Source: an uncultured Alphaproteobacteria bacterium
GTDB taxonomy: Bacteria; Pseudomonadota; Alphaproteobacteria; Sphingomonadales; Sphingomonadaceae
Direction of reading: 5' to 3'
Assembly (NCBI GenBank): GCA_963701615.1
Contig: OY969615.1
Location: forward strand, 3,212,525-3,276,524
DNA: 64,000 bases
Made by a program: the position numbers and the translations under genes. A model generated the notes under the pieces. It saw only the letters and a list, made by a program, of their open reading frames with translations. It had not been told where the DNA came from and ran no database searches. This document shows positions 34,031-43,723 of the stretch, piece after piece; the first letter of the stretch is position 1, and each line of letters opens with the position of its first letter.

Positions 34031-34499
34031 ATGGCCTACAGGATCGAGGGACTGGCGCCGGACGAATTCGCCGGCTTGTTCGCAATGGACGGCGCGGCGC
34101 TCGCCGCCCGCAATGCCTTGCGGGTGACGGCGGATTCGCCGTCGGGCTTTCCGTGCCGCGTCACGCTGGAGGATGCCGCGCCGGGCGAGGAGCTGGTGCT
34201 CCTCAACTACGTCTCGCACGATGTGGCGGGGCCGTTCCGCACCGCCTACGGCATCTATGTCCGCAAAGGCGCGGACGCGGCGGCGCGCTATGTGGACGAG
34301 GCGCCGCCGCTGCTCGAACTCGCGGACGCTCGGCCTGCGCGGGTTCGACGCCCGGGGCATGCTGCGCGGCGCCCTGCTCGCCTTGCCGGGCGAGGCCGAC
34401 GCCCGCATCCGCGAGCTGTTCGCACGGCCCGACATCGCCACCATCCACGCGCACAATGCGGCCCATGGCTGCTTCCTGGCGCGAATCGAAAGGAATTGA
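34031..34499 (+). pseudogene. DUF1203 family gene with an apparent single frameshift near 34315
   Basis: Frame 1 gives PCRVTLEDA..GE...LLNY; the C-terminal half (LRGFDARGML...IHAHNAAHGCF) is in the 34173..34499 frame. Confidence 0.75.
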
Positions 34500-34501
34500 C
34501 C

Positions 34502-35611
34502 ATGGCAAGCCTTGCAACCGACCTTGACCGCGATAGACAGGCGGCCGTGAACGACCGCAGCCCGATTTCGGACGAAGCCGCCTGGGCGGCCGTGACGGCG
34601 CGCGACAAGGCCCATGACGGGCGCTTCGTCACCGGCGTGCTGACCACCGGCATCTATTGCCGGCCGTCCTGCGCGGCCCGGCATCCGAAGCGGGAGAATG
34701 TCCGCTTCTTCGCCACCGGCGCCGAGGCTCGGGCGGCGGGCCTCAGGGCCTGCCTGCGGTGCAAGCCCGACGAGGTCGGGCGGGACGCGGCCGCGCTCGA
34801 CCGGGCGTTCGCCTTGCTCGCCGCGGCCGAGGAGGCGCCGTCGCTCGACGCGGTCGCCGCGGCGGTGGGCTATTCGCCGCACCATTTCCACCGCCTGTTC
34901 AAGCGCGCGACCGGGGTGACGCCGGCCGCTTATTACCGCAGCCTCAGGGCACGGCGGGCGGAAACCGCGCTCGCCGAGAATGAGCGGATCACCGATGCCA
35001 TTTACGATGCCGGCTATTCCGGGCCGGCGCGCTTCTACGCCGACGCCAGGGGGCGGCTGGGGATGACCCCTTCCGCCTGGCGCGACGGCGGCCGCGGCGA
35101 GACGATCCGCTGGGCCACGGCCGAGACCGACCTCGGCACGATGCTGGTGGCGGCGACCGCCAGGGGCATTTGCCGGCTGTCGTTCGACGAGGACGATGCC
35201 GAGCTCAGGCGGCGCTTCCCCAACGCGGCGGTCGAGCGCGGCGGCGACGACATGGCCGAGCTGGTGCGGCGGACGGCGGCGGCGGTGAACGCGCCGGAAC
35301 GGCCGCACGATTTGCCGCTCGACGTCCAGGGCACCGCCTTCCAGGAAGCGGTGTGGCGCGAGCTCTCCCGCATCCCGCCGGGCGAGACGCTGAGCTATGC
35401 CGCGCTCGCCGCCCGGGCGGGGCGTCCCCATGCGGTGCGCGCGGCGGGCACCGCCTGCGGCGCCAACAATGTCGCGGTGCTGATCCCCTGCCACCGGGCC
35501 CGGCGCGGCGACGGCACGCCCGGCGGCTACGCCTACGGCCTCGATCGCAAGGCGCGGCTGCTCGAAAAGGAAGGCTGGGAGCCGCGCCGCCAGGGACGGA
35601 CGCTCGCCTAG
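34502..35611 (+). CDS. ada: bifunctional Ada transcriptional activator / O6-methylguanine-DNA methyltransferase
   Basis: TGIYCRPSC..R..K.ENV.F, AraC HTH, GT.FQ..VW, IPCHR active site. Confidence 0.93.
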   Translation: MASLATDLDRDRQAAVNDRSPISDEAAWAAVTARDKAHDGRFVTGVLTTGIYCRPSCAARHPKRENVRFFATGAEARAAGLRACLRCKPDEVGRDAAALDRAFALLAAAEEAPSLDAVAAAVGYSPHHFHRLFKRATGVTPAAYYRSLRARRAETALAENERITDAIYDAGYSGPARFYADARGRLGMTPSAWRDGGRGETIRWATAETDLGTMLVAATARGICRLSFDEDDAELRRRFPNAAVERGGDDMAELVRRTAAAVNAPERPHDLPLDVQGTAFQEAVWRELSRIPPGETLSYAALAARAGRPHAVRAAGTACGANNVAVLIPCHRARRGDGTPGGYAYGLDRKARLLEKEGWEPRRQGRTLA

Positions 35612-37233
35612 TTGCTCGGCGCCGGCTCCCGCGCCGCGGGGGTGGTGGCGGCCGGGGCCGCCGGCTGCTCGCGCAGCTTGGTCTCGAGCCGGGCGAACAT
35701 CTCGCGCGGAGTCTCGTGCCGCTCCCGGCCCGCCCGCCGCTCGCGATCCTCGCGCTGCTCGCGGCGCCGGCGCTCGCCGTCCGATTCGTTGCCGCGGTGC
35801 GGGGTCGAAAAGGCGTCGGGCCGGATGATGGCGATCGCCTCGCGGATCATGTTGCGCTGCTCGAAGTCGCGCGCCAGCTTGTAGCGCAGCTCCGAATCGC
35901 TCGGCGCCAGCTCCATCGCCGTATAGAGGGCGTTCTGCGCCCCCGACGGCGGCGTCACGCCCTGCGCCACATAGCTGTCGTAAAAGGCCTCCAGCACCAG
36001 CGGGTCGCTTTCGGCGACGCGGTGGGCGCGGACGAAGATCTGCCGCGCCGCGTTCCACGCCGCCTGGTCGGTCGAGTTGGCGGCGCGCAAGGCGGCGACC
36101 TGGACCCGCCCCCTCGTCACCATCGCCCGCGCGTTGTTCGGCTCGATCTGCAGCAGCCGGTCCGCCGCCGCCAGCGCCGCGGCATTGTTGCCGGCCAGCC
36201 ACTCGGCCTCCATCAGCACGCGCAGGGCGAACGGATCGTCGGGGAAGCGCCCGGCGATCGACCGCACGCTTTGCGCGAACTCCGCCGCCTCGCGCTGGGG
36301 ATAGCCCTGGCTGAGCTTGATCTCATGCTCGATCAGCGCCTCCTCGGCGGGGCGCAGCGTCCGCACCGCGACCTGGCCGACGTCGATCGTCCGGAACGGC
36401 AGCCGGACGACGTTGAACCGTCCCGTCCCGGCATAGCTGAACAGCTCCGAATTGAAGCGCTCGATGTCGGGGAAGGCCTGGCGCATCGCCTCCTCGTAGG
36501 TGGTGCCGGCGTTGATCAGGGTCAGATATTGCTGGAGCTGCCGCTGGCGCGCGGGATGCTCGAACGCGTAGCGCACGAGCAGCCAGCCTTCGGCGTAGAG
36601 CAGGAAGACGTTGGCGCCGCCGACCTCGCGGTAATTGTGCGCGGTGAGCAGCCGCTGCAGCGGCAGCCAGCCGAGCGCGTCGAAGGTCGAGAAGCGATGC
36701 TCGGCGGGAAGGCCGACCTCGACGACGTCGCCGGGCTGGAAGCGGACCGCGCCCCAGAATTCGGCGAAGCCCTCGCTGTACCAGGTGGGGTAGGTCGCGG
36801 GGAAATATTGATACATGAAATGGTGGGTATATTCGTGGAGCAGGATGCCCTCGGAATCGAGGTTGACCTCGCCGCGCGCCGACCGCGGGTCGCCATTGCC
36901 GCGCGAGGCGCGGGCGCGCGTGCCCACCATCATCAGCCCGCGCGCGTCGGAGATGTAATAGCCCGCGACGCTGCTGCTGTCGATCATGTCGCCGACCGCG
37001 CCGGCGCTGGACAGGAGGAAGACCCGCAGCCGGTTGGGCATCTGGGTGGTGGTGACCCGATGGAAGGTGCGGAGCACGAAATGGAATCGCTCGAGCTTGG
37101 CGGCGAAGTCGCGGGCGTCCTGCTCGCTCCCCTGGCTGTAGACCACGAAATTGGTCGACGTGGCCTCGTACCACTCGGCCTGCGCGGCCGTCGGCAGCAG
37201 CAAGGCAAGGGCGAACAAGAGCTTGCGAATCAT
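35608..37233 (-). CDS. secreted gluzincin-like (DUF1570-type) protein with TPR-like C-terminus
   Basis: Signal peptide; LLHEYTHH plus WYSEGFAEF; helical repeats. Confidence 0.8.
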   Translation of the reverse strand: MIRKLLFALALLLPTAAQAEWYEATSTNFVVYSQGSEQDARDFAAKLERFHFVLRTFHRVTTTQMPNRLRVFLLSSAGAVGDMIDSSSVAGYYISDARGLMMVGTRARASRGNGDPRSARGEVNLDSEGILLHEYTHHFMYQYFPATYPTWYSEGFAEFWGAVRFQPGDVVEVGLPAEHRFSTFDALGWLPLQRLLTAHNYREVGGANVFLLYAEGWLLVRYAFEHPARQRQLQQYLTLINAGTTYEEAMRQAFPDIERFNSELFSYAGTGRFNVVRLPFRTIDVGQVAVRTLRPAEEALIEHEIKLSQGYPQREAAEFAQSVRSIAGRFPDDPFALRVLMEAEWLAGNNAAALAAADRLLQIEPNNARAMVTRGRVQVAALRAANSTDQAAWNAARQIFVRAHRVAESDPLVLEAFYDSYVAQGVTPPSGAQNALYTAMELAPSDSELRYKLARDFEQRNMIREAIAIIRPDAFSTPHRGNESDGERRRREQREDRERRAGRERHETPREMFARLETKLREQPAAPAATTPAAREPAPSN

Positions 37234-37298
37234 GGATTATTTCCCCCTATCCAAGCGCCGCCCCATAACCAAAAGCGGGGCCGCGCGCAACCGGCCGA

Positions 37299-38819
37299 TC
37301 ATCGCGCCGCGGCCGGCGCCATATCCTGGTTCTCGCAGGCATAGACCAGCCTTTCGTTGGGCAGGCTCGGCAGCACCGCCCCGATCTCGCGCTGCTGGTG
37401 GGCGAGGACGGTGCGCGCCTCCTGGTCGGCGGTGCACGCCTTGACGTCGACGCCGCGCCTGAGCGCCCGCACCCGCGCCATCGCCTGGGCGTCGAGCAGG
37501 TAGCGGGTGACGACATATTCGCCGCTCGCCGGCCGGAACTGGAGGACGGCGACCGCCTGCTCGTCGCTGGGGACGAGGATGCGGGTCCAGACCTCGCCAT
37601 TCTGCGCATATTGGGTGCGCGCGTTGACGCAGCCGGTCTCGGTCCAGTCGAGCGGGACGTCGGCCGCGGACGATACCGTGACCCGGCTGCGCTCGGGCAC
37701 CAGCCGGCAATTGTTGCGGCCGGCGAAGCGGGCGGGCGCGGCCGGGGCGGCGGCATCGCCGGCGGCGGGGCGCGCGGCCTCGGCGTCGGCGAAGCTCGGC
37801 CGCGACAGGAAGGCGGCGACCGCGCACCCCAGCAGCACCAGGCCGCCGCCGCCGAGGATCATCGCCGGCCTGTGGCGGTCCTTGACCAGCATGATGCCGG
37901 CGCCGCCGCCGCCGACCAAAGCGAGCGCCAGCAGCAGCACGGCGAGCGCGAGCCGGGCCTCGCGGCGCTCCTGGATCTGCGCCAGCGCGCGCTCGCGCGT
38001 CTCGCGCGCCCTTGCCGCCTCGGCCGCCTGGCGGGCGCTTTCCTCGGCGGCGGTGCGGTCGCGGTCCTGGCGCAGGCGGTCGGCCATGCCGACGCATTCG
38101 GTGGCGACCGCCTGGAAGGGCTGGCGCGCCTGGCGGAGGAAGGCGGTGAGCTCGCGGTTGGCGACGGCGAAGGCGAACGGCGCGTCGCCATTCTCGTTGC
38201 GGGTGATGAGGGTGTTGACCCCGAGCACCCGGCCGCACTGGTCGAGCAAGGGCCCGCCGCTATGGCCGCGGGCGATGTTGGCGGTGTGGAGCAGGGTGGT
38301 GATGCCGTTGATCGGCCGGACGTTGGAGAAGATGCCGATCGAGCGGGTCGGCGGCAGCGGGGTGATATAGTCGCCGGCCGAGCGGGCGGTGGCGAGGTCG
38401 ACATTGCCGGGATAGCCCAGGGCCGCGACCGGCATGCCGTCCTCGATCGGGCCGACATAGAGCGGGATCGGGATCAGCCCGCCCTGCGGCACTTCGAGCA
38501 AAGCGAGGTCGCGCGCCGGATCGACGGCGAGGATGCGGGCGCCCGATTCGCGCGCCCCTTCCGACGGCACCACGCCGACGGCGACGGTCTTCGAGCCGTC
38601 GGCGGCCATGGCGACGACATGGGCGTTGGTGACCACCCGGTTGGGCGCGACCGCGAAGCCCGAGCCGTGGCCGAAGCCGGCGATCTCGCCGTCCTCGCCG
38701 AACGCGACCACCACCACCCGCACCACCGAGCGCCCGGCGACCGAGATGTCGTCGGCCCGCGCCGGCGCCGCGAGCGCGGCCAGCATCAGCAGGAGGAGAA
38801 GGAAAAATCGGCCCATCAT
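37299..38819 (-). CDS. trypsin-like serine protease (S1) with coiled coil and TM segments
   Basis: GSGF, TNAHVV (His), DLALL (Asp), GHSGGPL (Ser); signal peptide. Confidence 0.9.
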   Translation of the reverse strand: MMGRFFLLLLLMLAALAAPARADDISVAGRSVVRVVVVAFGEDGEIAGFGHGSGFAVAPNRVVTNAHVVAMAADGSKTVAVGVVPSEGARESGARILAVDPARDLALLEVPQGGLIPIPLYVGPIEDGMPVAALGYPGNVDLATARSAGDYITPLPPTRSIGIFSNVRPINGITTLLHTANIARGHSGGPLLDQCGRVLGVNTLITRNENGDAPFAFAVANRELTAFLRQARQPFQAVATECVGMADRLRQDRDRTAAEESARQAAEAARARETRERALAQIQERREARLALAVLLLALALVGGGGAGIMLVKDRHRPAMILGGGGLVLLGCAVAAFLSRPSFADAEAARPAAGDAAAPAAPARFAGRNNCRLVPERSRVTVSSAADVPLDWTETGCVNARTQYAQNGEVWTRILVPSDEQAVAVLQFRPASGEYVVTRYLLDAQAMARVRALRRGVDVKACTADQEARTVLAHQQREIGAVLPSLPNERLVYACENQDMAPAAAR

Positions 38820-39129
38820 GGTCCCAGCATCGTCGCCGCCTTTCTATGGGCGGGCGGGAGCGGCGGCAAGCGGGCGATGGCGGGGCGGGGCCGGCAGGGC
38901 GAGGGGACAAGCCGGCAAATAGTTCCGCAATGCAACTTACATTTTCTTCGCCCGGTGAAAGTCTCGCCCGAGTCCCGCGAAATCGTTCGTCGCCGTATCA
39001 ATGTCCAAATACCGTAAAATCACGAATTGACTCGGTTTCACATCCAATGATGAATTGCCCTCGCCTGTTGCACGCTTTGCAACGAGTCGGCGCCTTCTGT
39101 GCGGGGGCAAAGCGAAGAGGGGGAATGAC

Positions 39130-40186
39130 ATGACTTTCGAAACGTTCGACACCGTTTTGCTCGTGCCGTGCGAGAGCTTTCCGGCGACGCTGCTCGGGGC
39201 GGGCACGATGCCGGAGGGCGACGCGCCCGGGGCCGGGACGCTTGAGGCCGCGCTGCGCCAGGCCGGCGAGGCCGGGCGCGGGGCGGAGCTTCCGGCTCCG
39301 GGCGCGGATGATGTGCCGGGCCGCCGCGCGGCGCGGGCGGAGGCCTTGGTCCTCGATTTTGTGGATCGAGCCGAGCGGCGGTAATCTGCGCGCGTTCGAC
39401 GAAGCGGAGCAGGCGCGCTGGGTCGGAGGCGGCTGGCTGATCGAGCCGGAGGACGGCGCGGGCTGGAAGCTCGGGCCCGAAGCCGGTGCGACTGCGCAGG
39501 GCGCGAAACCAGCGACACCGGGCACGATCTTCGACGACGTGGACAACGACGGCGTGGAAGACGAGCCCATCCCGGTCAACGGCTGGCGGCCGAGGAGCAT
39601 GGATGATGATTCCAGCTGGGGCATCCCCAGCGGCGAACCCGACAACGGCCCTAGCGGAGCGGTGGGAGGCCCGAGCGGCGGCGGTGCGTCCAACCAGCAG
39701 AAGGAGGACGCGGACGACACGCCCTGCGTGGATCAAGTGCCCGCCGGTGCCGATCTCGACGAGATCAACGACCTGGCCAAATTCATGGGTACGAAGCTCG
39801 GCGGCTTTCAGGACGCCACTGGCTGGGAATGGGGCGCATTCATCTATCGGGCGGCTAATGGTCAGCTCTATCAATCGGATCCCTTTACGGCCCAACATCA
39901 TGACGATTTGATCGGAGCCTCTATCCATCTCCCGCCCGGCGCGCATATCGTAGGGTATATCCACACCCATCCGATCAACGACGAGGCCGACCAAAGAATG
40001 CTATCCGAGGAGGACCGCGACTTCATCAATGACCTGGTGGGTAGAACGGGCAGCGTCACAGCCGACACCAACCTGCTTGCTTACGTCACGACAAAGGACA
40101 AAGACTTAGGTTATTCCGATGCTTATTCGACTTTCGTGTATGATAAGTCGAACCGGGATGCCGTCACCAAGGGATGTGACCTGTGA
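39130..40186 (+). CDS. toxin-like protein with C-terminal JAB/MPN-type domain; 5' part split over two frames (39130-39384 and ...-40186)
   Basis: WEWGAFIY, GYIHTHP, LSEED = E...HxH...SxxD; Gly/Pro/Asp linker; strong RBS only before 39130. Confidence 0.65.
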
Positions 40187-40629
40187 TTGGAATTATTGCT
40201 GTTGCCCTGTCTTTGTTGTCTCAGCCCTCGGCGACCGTCTCGATCAGGGTTCACGGGCGGGAGATGATCGGGCTCCGCGACAGGGAGGACGTCATTCGGG
40301 GAACCTGTGACGGGCGGCCAGCATCGGCGACGATCACCAAGGCTTATCGCGGCCGGACGGGCCGATTGGTGCTTCGCTCGGGGCGGTGGGCCCGGGAAGT
40401 GCCGCCGGCATTCGTCAACGGGCAACTCCTTCAGCACAGTCTGAATGCTGCGGGACTTGCCTGCGATGGGCGAAGACTCCAGTTGCGGGCGTTGGTTGTT
40501 CGAGCGGACGAGCGGGGTGAGATCGTTATGGATATCCAGAACGTCACCATGGATCTTCGCACCGGCGCCGTTTCCCTGAGCGAGATGAGAACCCTGAGCC
40601 CCGGCGAGACAAGGTCTGAGCTTCGCTAG
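40183..40629 (+). CDS. secreted hypothetical protein, translationally coupled (candidate immunity/partner)
   Basis: GTGA overlap with the upstream stop; MIGIIAVALSLLSQPSA signal-like; two Cys. Confidence 0.7.
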   Translation: MIGIIAVALSLLSQPSATVSIRVHGREMIGLRDREDVIRGTCDGRPASATITKAYRGRTGRLVLRSGRWAREVPPAFVNGQLLQHSLNAAGLACDGRRLQLRALVVRADERGEIVMDIQNVTMDLRTGAVSLSEMRTLSPGETRSELR

Positions 40630-40688
40630 ATGGGAAGAACGGCGAGAGCCTGCCGGGCGGTGGTGAGAGGTTGTCGCGGATAAGCTGA

Positions 40689-40769
40689 CATGGGGACAGT
40701 TACTACTTATCGGTTCGGGGCCGGTTGGGGCTCGCTCGTGCGTGCCCGATAAATAATACTGTCCCCGTG
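40689..40769. repeat. AT-containing inverted repeat (GGGGACAGT...TATCGG / CCGATA...ACTGTCCCC), family 3
   Basis: About 24-bp imperfect arms at 40689-40713 and 40746-40769 directly after the priA stop. Confidence 0.75.
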
Positions 40770-40773
40770 CCCG

Positions 40774-42939
40774 CTACAGAAACGAATAGGGATCGACGTC
40801 GACGCTGACCCGGACGTTGCTCTTCCATTTGAGCCCCCCCAGCCATTCCCGGATGATGTCCTGCACCGGCACCGCGCGGGCGGCGTGGACCAGCAGGCGC
40901 AGCCGGTGGCGACCGCGCAGCATCGCCAGCGGGGCGGGGGCGGGGCCGAACACCGCCATATTGTCGACCCGCGGCGCGGCGCGGCCGATCATCCGGGCGG
41001 CGGCGGTCGCCTCGGCCTGGTCCTCCGAGGAGATTATGATCGCGGCGAGCCGGCCGAAGGGCGGCATCGCCGCCTCGCGCCGGGCGTCGGTCTCGGCGGC
41101 GTAGAAGCCCTCGGCGTCGCCCGCCACCAGCGCCTCGATCACCCGCGCCTTGGGGTCGTGGGTCTGGACGAGGACGCGGCCATGCTTGTCGCCGCGGCCG
41201 GCGCGGCCGGAGACCTGGCGGATCTGCTGGAAGCTGCGCTCGGCGGCGCGCAAATCGCCGCCCGCCAGGCCGAGATCGGCGTCGACCACGCCGACCAGGG
41301 TCAGATTGGGGAAATGATAGCCCTTGGTCACCAATTGCGTGCCGATGACGATGTCGATCTCGCCGGCGTCCATCCGGGCGACGAACTCGGCGGCCTTGGC
41401 TGGCGACCAGATCGTGTCGGAGGTGACGATCGCTGTGCTGGCCTCCGGGAACAGGGCGGCGACCTCGTCGGCGATCCGCTCGACGCCCGGGCCGCAGGCG
41501 ACCAGGCTGTCCTCCTCCTTGCATTCGGGGCAGGCGCGGGGCGCCGGCATGACGTGGCCGCAATGGTGGCAGGCGAGCCGGCGGGTGAAGCGGTGCTCGA
41601 CCATCCAGGCGGTGCAATTGGGGCATTGGAAGCGGTAGCCGCAATGGCGGCACAAGGTGAGCGGGGCGTAGCCGCGGCGGTTGAGGAAGAGCAAGGACTG
41701 CTCGCCGGCCTCGAGATTCTCCTCGAGCGCGCGGACCAGCTCGGGCGCCAGCCAGCGGCCGCGCGGGGGCGGGTCCCGGATGAGGTCCAATGCCGCCATG
41801 TCGGGCAGCCGCGCGCCGCCGAAGCGGTCGGGCAGGCGGACCTCCTTGTAGGTGCCGATCTCGGCCATGTGGCGGCTCTCGATGGCGGGGGTGGCGGAGG
41901 CGAGGATCACCGGCACCTCCTCCAGCTTGGCCCGCATCACCGCGACGTCGCGGGCATGATATTGGACGCCGTCCTCCTGCTTGAAGCTCGCCTCATGGGC
42001 CTCGTCGACGACGATCAGGCCGAGCTTCGGATAGGGCAGGAACAAAGCCGAGCGCGCGCCCACCGTGACCCGCGCCTCGCCGCCGGCGATCGCGCGCCAG
42101 GCGCGGCGGCGCTGCGACTGCCGGAGGCCCGAATGCCAGGCGACGGGCTCGCAGCCGAAGCGGGCGGCGAAGCGCTTGAGGAACGGCTCGGTGAGCGCGA
42201 TCTCGGGGAGGAGGACGAGAATCTGCCTGCCCTGGCGCAGCGCTTCGGCGATCGCCTCGAAATAGACCTCGGTCTTGCCCGAGCCGGTGACGCCGTCGAG
42301 GAGGACGGGGGCGAAGGCGCCGGCATCGACCGCGCTCCGCAATCCGGCCGCCGCCTCGGCCTGGGCCGGCTCCAAAGCGGGCGGGTCGTGGTCCGGATCG
42401 GGGGCGGGGAAGGGGTCGTCGATCCTGATCTCGACCGCCTCGATCGCGCCGGCCTTGACCAGGCCGCGGATCACCCCGTCGGAGACGCCGCCGATGATCG
42501 CCAGCTCGCGGATCAGGCCCATTCGCTCGCCGATCCGCTCGAGCGCCTGGGCGCGCTGCGGGGTCAGCCGGTCGGGCACCATCGCGGTGGCGCGATATTC
42601 GATCACGGTGCGCGCCCCGTCGAGCGCGCTCGACGACGGCAAGGCCATGCGCAGCACCGCGCCCAGGGGGGCGAGATAATAATCCGCCGTCCATTCGATC
42701 AGCCGGCGCAGGGGGGCGCCGAGCGGCGGCACATCATAGGCATGGAGCAGGGGCCGCAACCGGTTGTCGCCGACCTCCTCGGCGGGCAGCCGCTCCGGCT
42801 CCCACACCACGCCGGCCAGCTGCCGCGGCCCCAAAGGCGCGACCACGATCGAGCCCGGCTCGACCTGCATGCCGTGCGGCACCCGATAGTCGAGCGGGCC
42901 CAGAGCGGCGTTGAGGAGGATGACGCGGGCGCGGGACAT
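40774..42939 (-). CDS. priA: primosomal protein N' (helicase)
   Basis: GVTGSGKTEVY, VDEAHEASFKQ, CRHCG/CPNC/CHHCG/CPEC Zn motifs, GTQLVTKG. Confidence 0.97.
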   Translation of the reverse strand: MSRARVILLNAALGPLDYRVPHGMQVEPGSIVVAPLGPRQLAGVVWEPERLPAEEVGDNRLRPLLHAYDVPPLGAPLRRLIEWTADYYLAPLGAVLRMALPSSSALDGARTVIEYRATAMVPDRLTPQRAQALERIGERMGLIRELAIIGGVSDGVIRGLVKAGAIEAVEIRIDDPFPAPDPDHDPPALEPAQAEAAAGLRSAVDAGAFAPVLLDGVTGSGKTEVYFEAIAEALRQGRQILVLLPEIALTEPFLKRFAARFGCEPVAWHSGLRQSQRRRAWRAIAGGEARVTVGARSALFLPYPKLGLIVVDEAHEASFKQEDGVQYHARDVAVMRAKLEEVPVILASATPAIESRHMAEIGTYKEVRLPDRFGGARLPDMAALDLIRDPPPRGRWLAPELVRALEENLEAGEQSLLFLNRRGYAPLTLCRHCGYRFQCPNCTAWMVEHRFTRRLACHHCGHVMPAPRACPECKEEDSLVACGPGVERIADEVAALFPEASTAIVTSDTIWSPAKAAEFVARMDAGEIDIVIGTQLVTKGYHFPNLTLVGVVDADLGLAGGDLRAAERSFQQIRQVSGRAGRGDKHGRVLVQTHDPKARVIEALVAGDAEGFYAAETDARREAAMPPFGRLAAIIISSEDQAEATAAARMIGRAAPRVDNMAVFGPAPAPLAMLRGRHRLRLLVHAARAVPVQDIIREWLGGLKWKSNVRVSVDVDPYSFL

Positions 42940-43018
42940 GCACCGCCTAGATCGAGTCTCCCGGGGCGAAACGCAACAGCGGCGGGAAATTGTGCTAGGA
43001 TACCGACCGGGAGACGGG

Positions 43019-43477
43019 ATGGACGCCCAGGCCGAGCTCGACGGCTTTATCGACAAGTTCACGCCCGAAGTGGCGGCGCTGACCCGCGCGCTGTTCGACC
43101 GGATGAAGGCGCGCATCCCGGGCGCGACGATCCTCGTCTACGACAATTACAATGCGCTCGCGATCGGCTTCGGACCGGGCGACAAGGCCGGCGAGGCGAT
43201 ATTGTCGCTGGCGGTGATGCCGCGCTGGGTGACCTTGTGCTTCCTGTGGGGCGTGCATCTGCCCGACCCGCACAAGCTGTTGAAGGGCGACGGCAGCCGC
43301 GTCCGCCACGTCCGGCTGCACACGCCCGAGGCGCTCGACGACCCGCGCATCGACGCGCTGGTCGGGGAGGCGCTGGAGAAGGCCGGGGTTCCAATCGATC
43401 CGACCTCGCCGCAGCGCCTGATCATCAAGTCCGTTTCCGCCAGACAAAGGCCGCGGCGGCCGAAGGGTGCGCCATAG
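43019..43477 (+). CDS. DUF1801-like protein
   Basis: VYDNYNAL.IGF, W..L.F..G..LPDP..LL.G.G..VRH pattern. Confidence 0.75.
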   Translation: MDAQAELDGFIDKFTPEVAALTRALFDRMKARIPGATILVYDNYNALAIGFGPGDKAGEAILSLAVMPRWVTLCFLWGVHLPDPHKLLKGDGSRVRHVRLHTPEALDDPRIDALVGEALEKAGVPIDPTSPQRLIIKSVSARQRPRRPKGAP

Positions 43478-43530
43478 GGATGGGCCATAAGGATGTGCAA
43501 TAAGGGTGTGCAAAGGATGTGCAATAAGGA
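43472..43530. repeat. short tandem repeat, about 13-nt unit (CAATAAGGATGTG) x about 4.5
   Basis: ccatagggatggg ccataaggatgtg caataagggtgtg caaaggatgtg caataagga. Confidence 0.7.
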
Positions 43531-43645
43531 GTCATCCCGGCGAAAGCCGGGACCCATGAACATGAGAGTCGGAGAAAGGGGTGACGGCGTCTTCGATGTA
43601 TTTCCGAGGCGGGTGTGCATGGGTCCCGGCTTTCGCCGGGATGAC
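43531..43645. repeat. REP-like element, family 1 (near-perfect arms)
   Basis: GTCATCCCGGCGAAAGCCGGGACCCATG...CATGGGTCCCGGCTTTCGCCGGGATGAC. Confidence 0.9.
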
Positions 43646-43723
43646 TGCGGCCGGCCGGTGCAAACGCCGTCCGAGCCGCTATAGGGGAGGGCGATTCGCC
43701 CAAACGCCGCAGGACCCGCACCC

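Noticed and set aside
34031-35611. 526-aa DUF1203-Ada fusion as a genuine domain architecture
   Set aside because: The middle section is out-of-frame, Arg/Pro-rich text; explained by one indel.
43488-43533. Similarity of the tandem unit to a Tn5/Nextera mosaic end (AGATGTGTATAAGAGACAG)
   Set aside because: Several mismatches and a tandem, degenerate layout; not a convincing adapter remnant.
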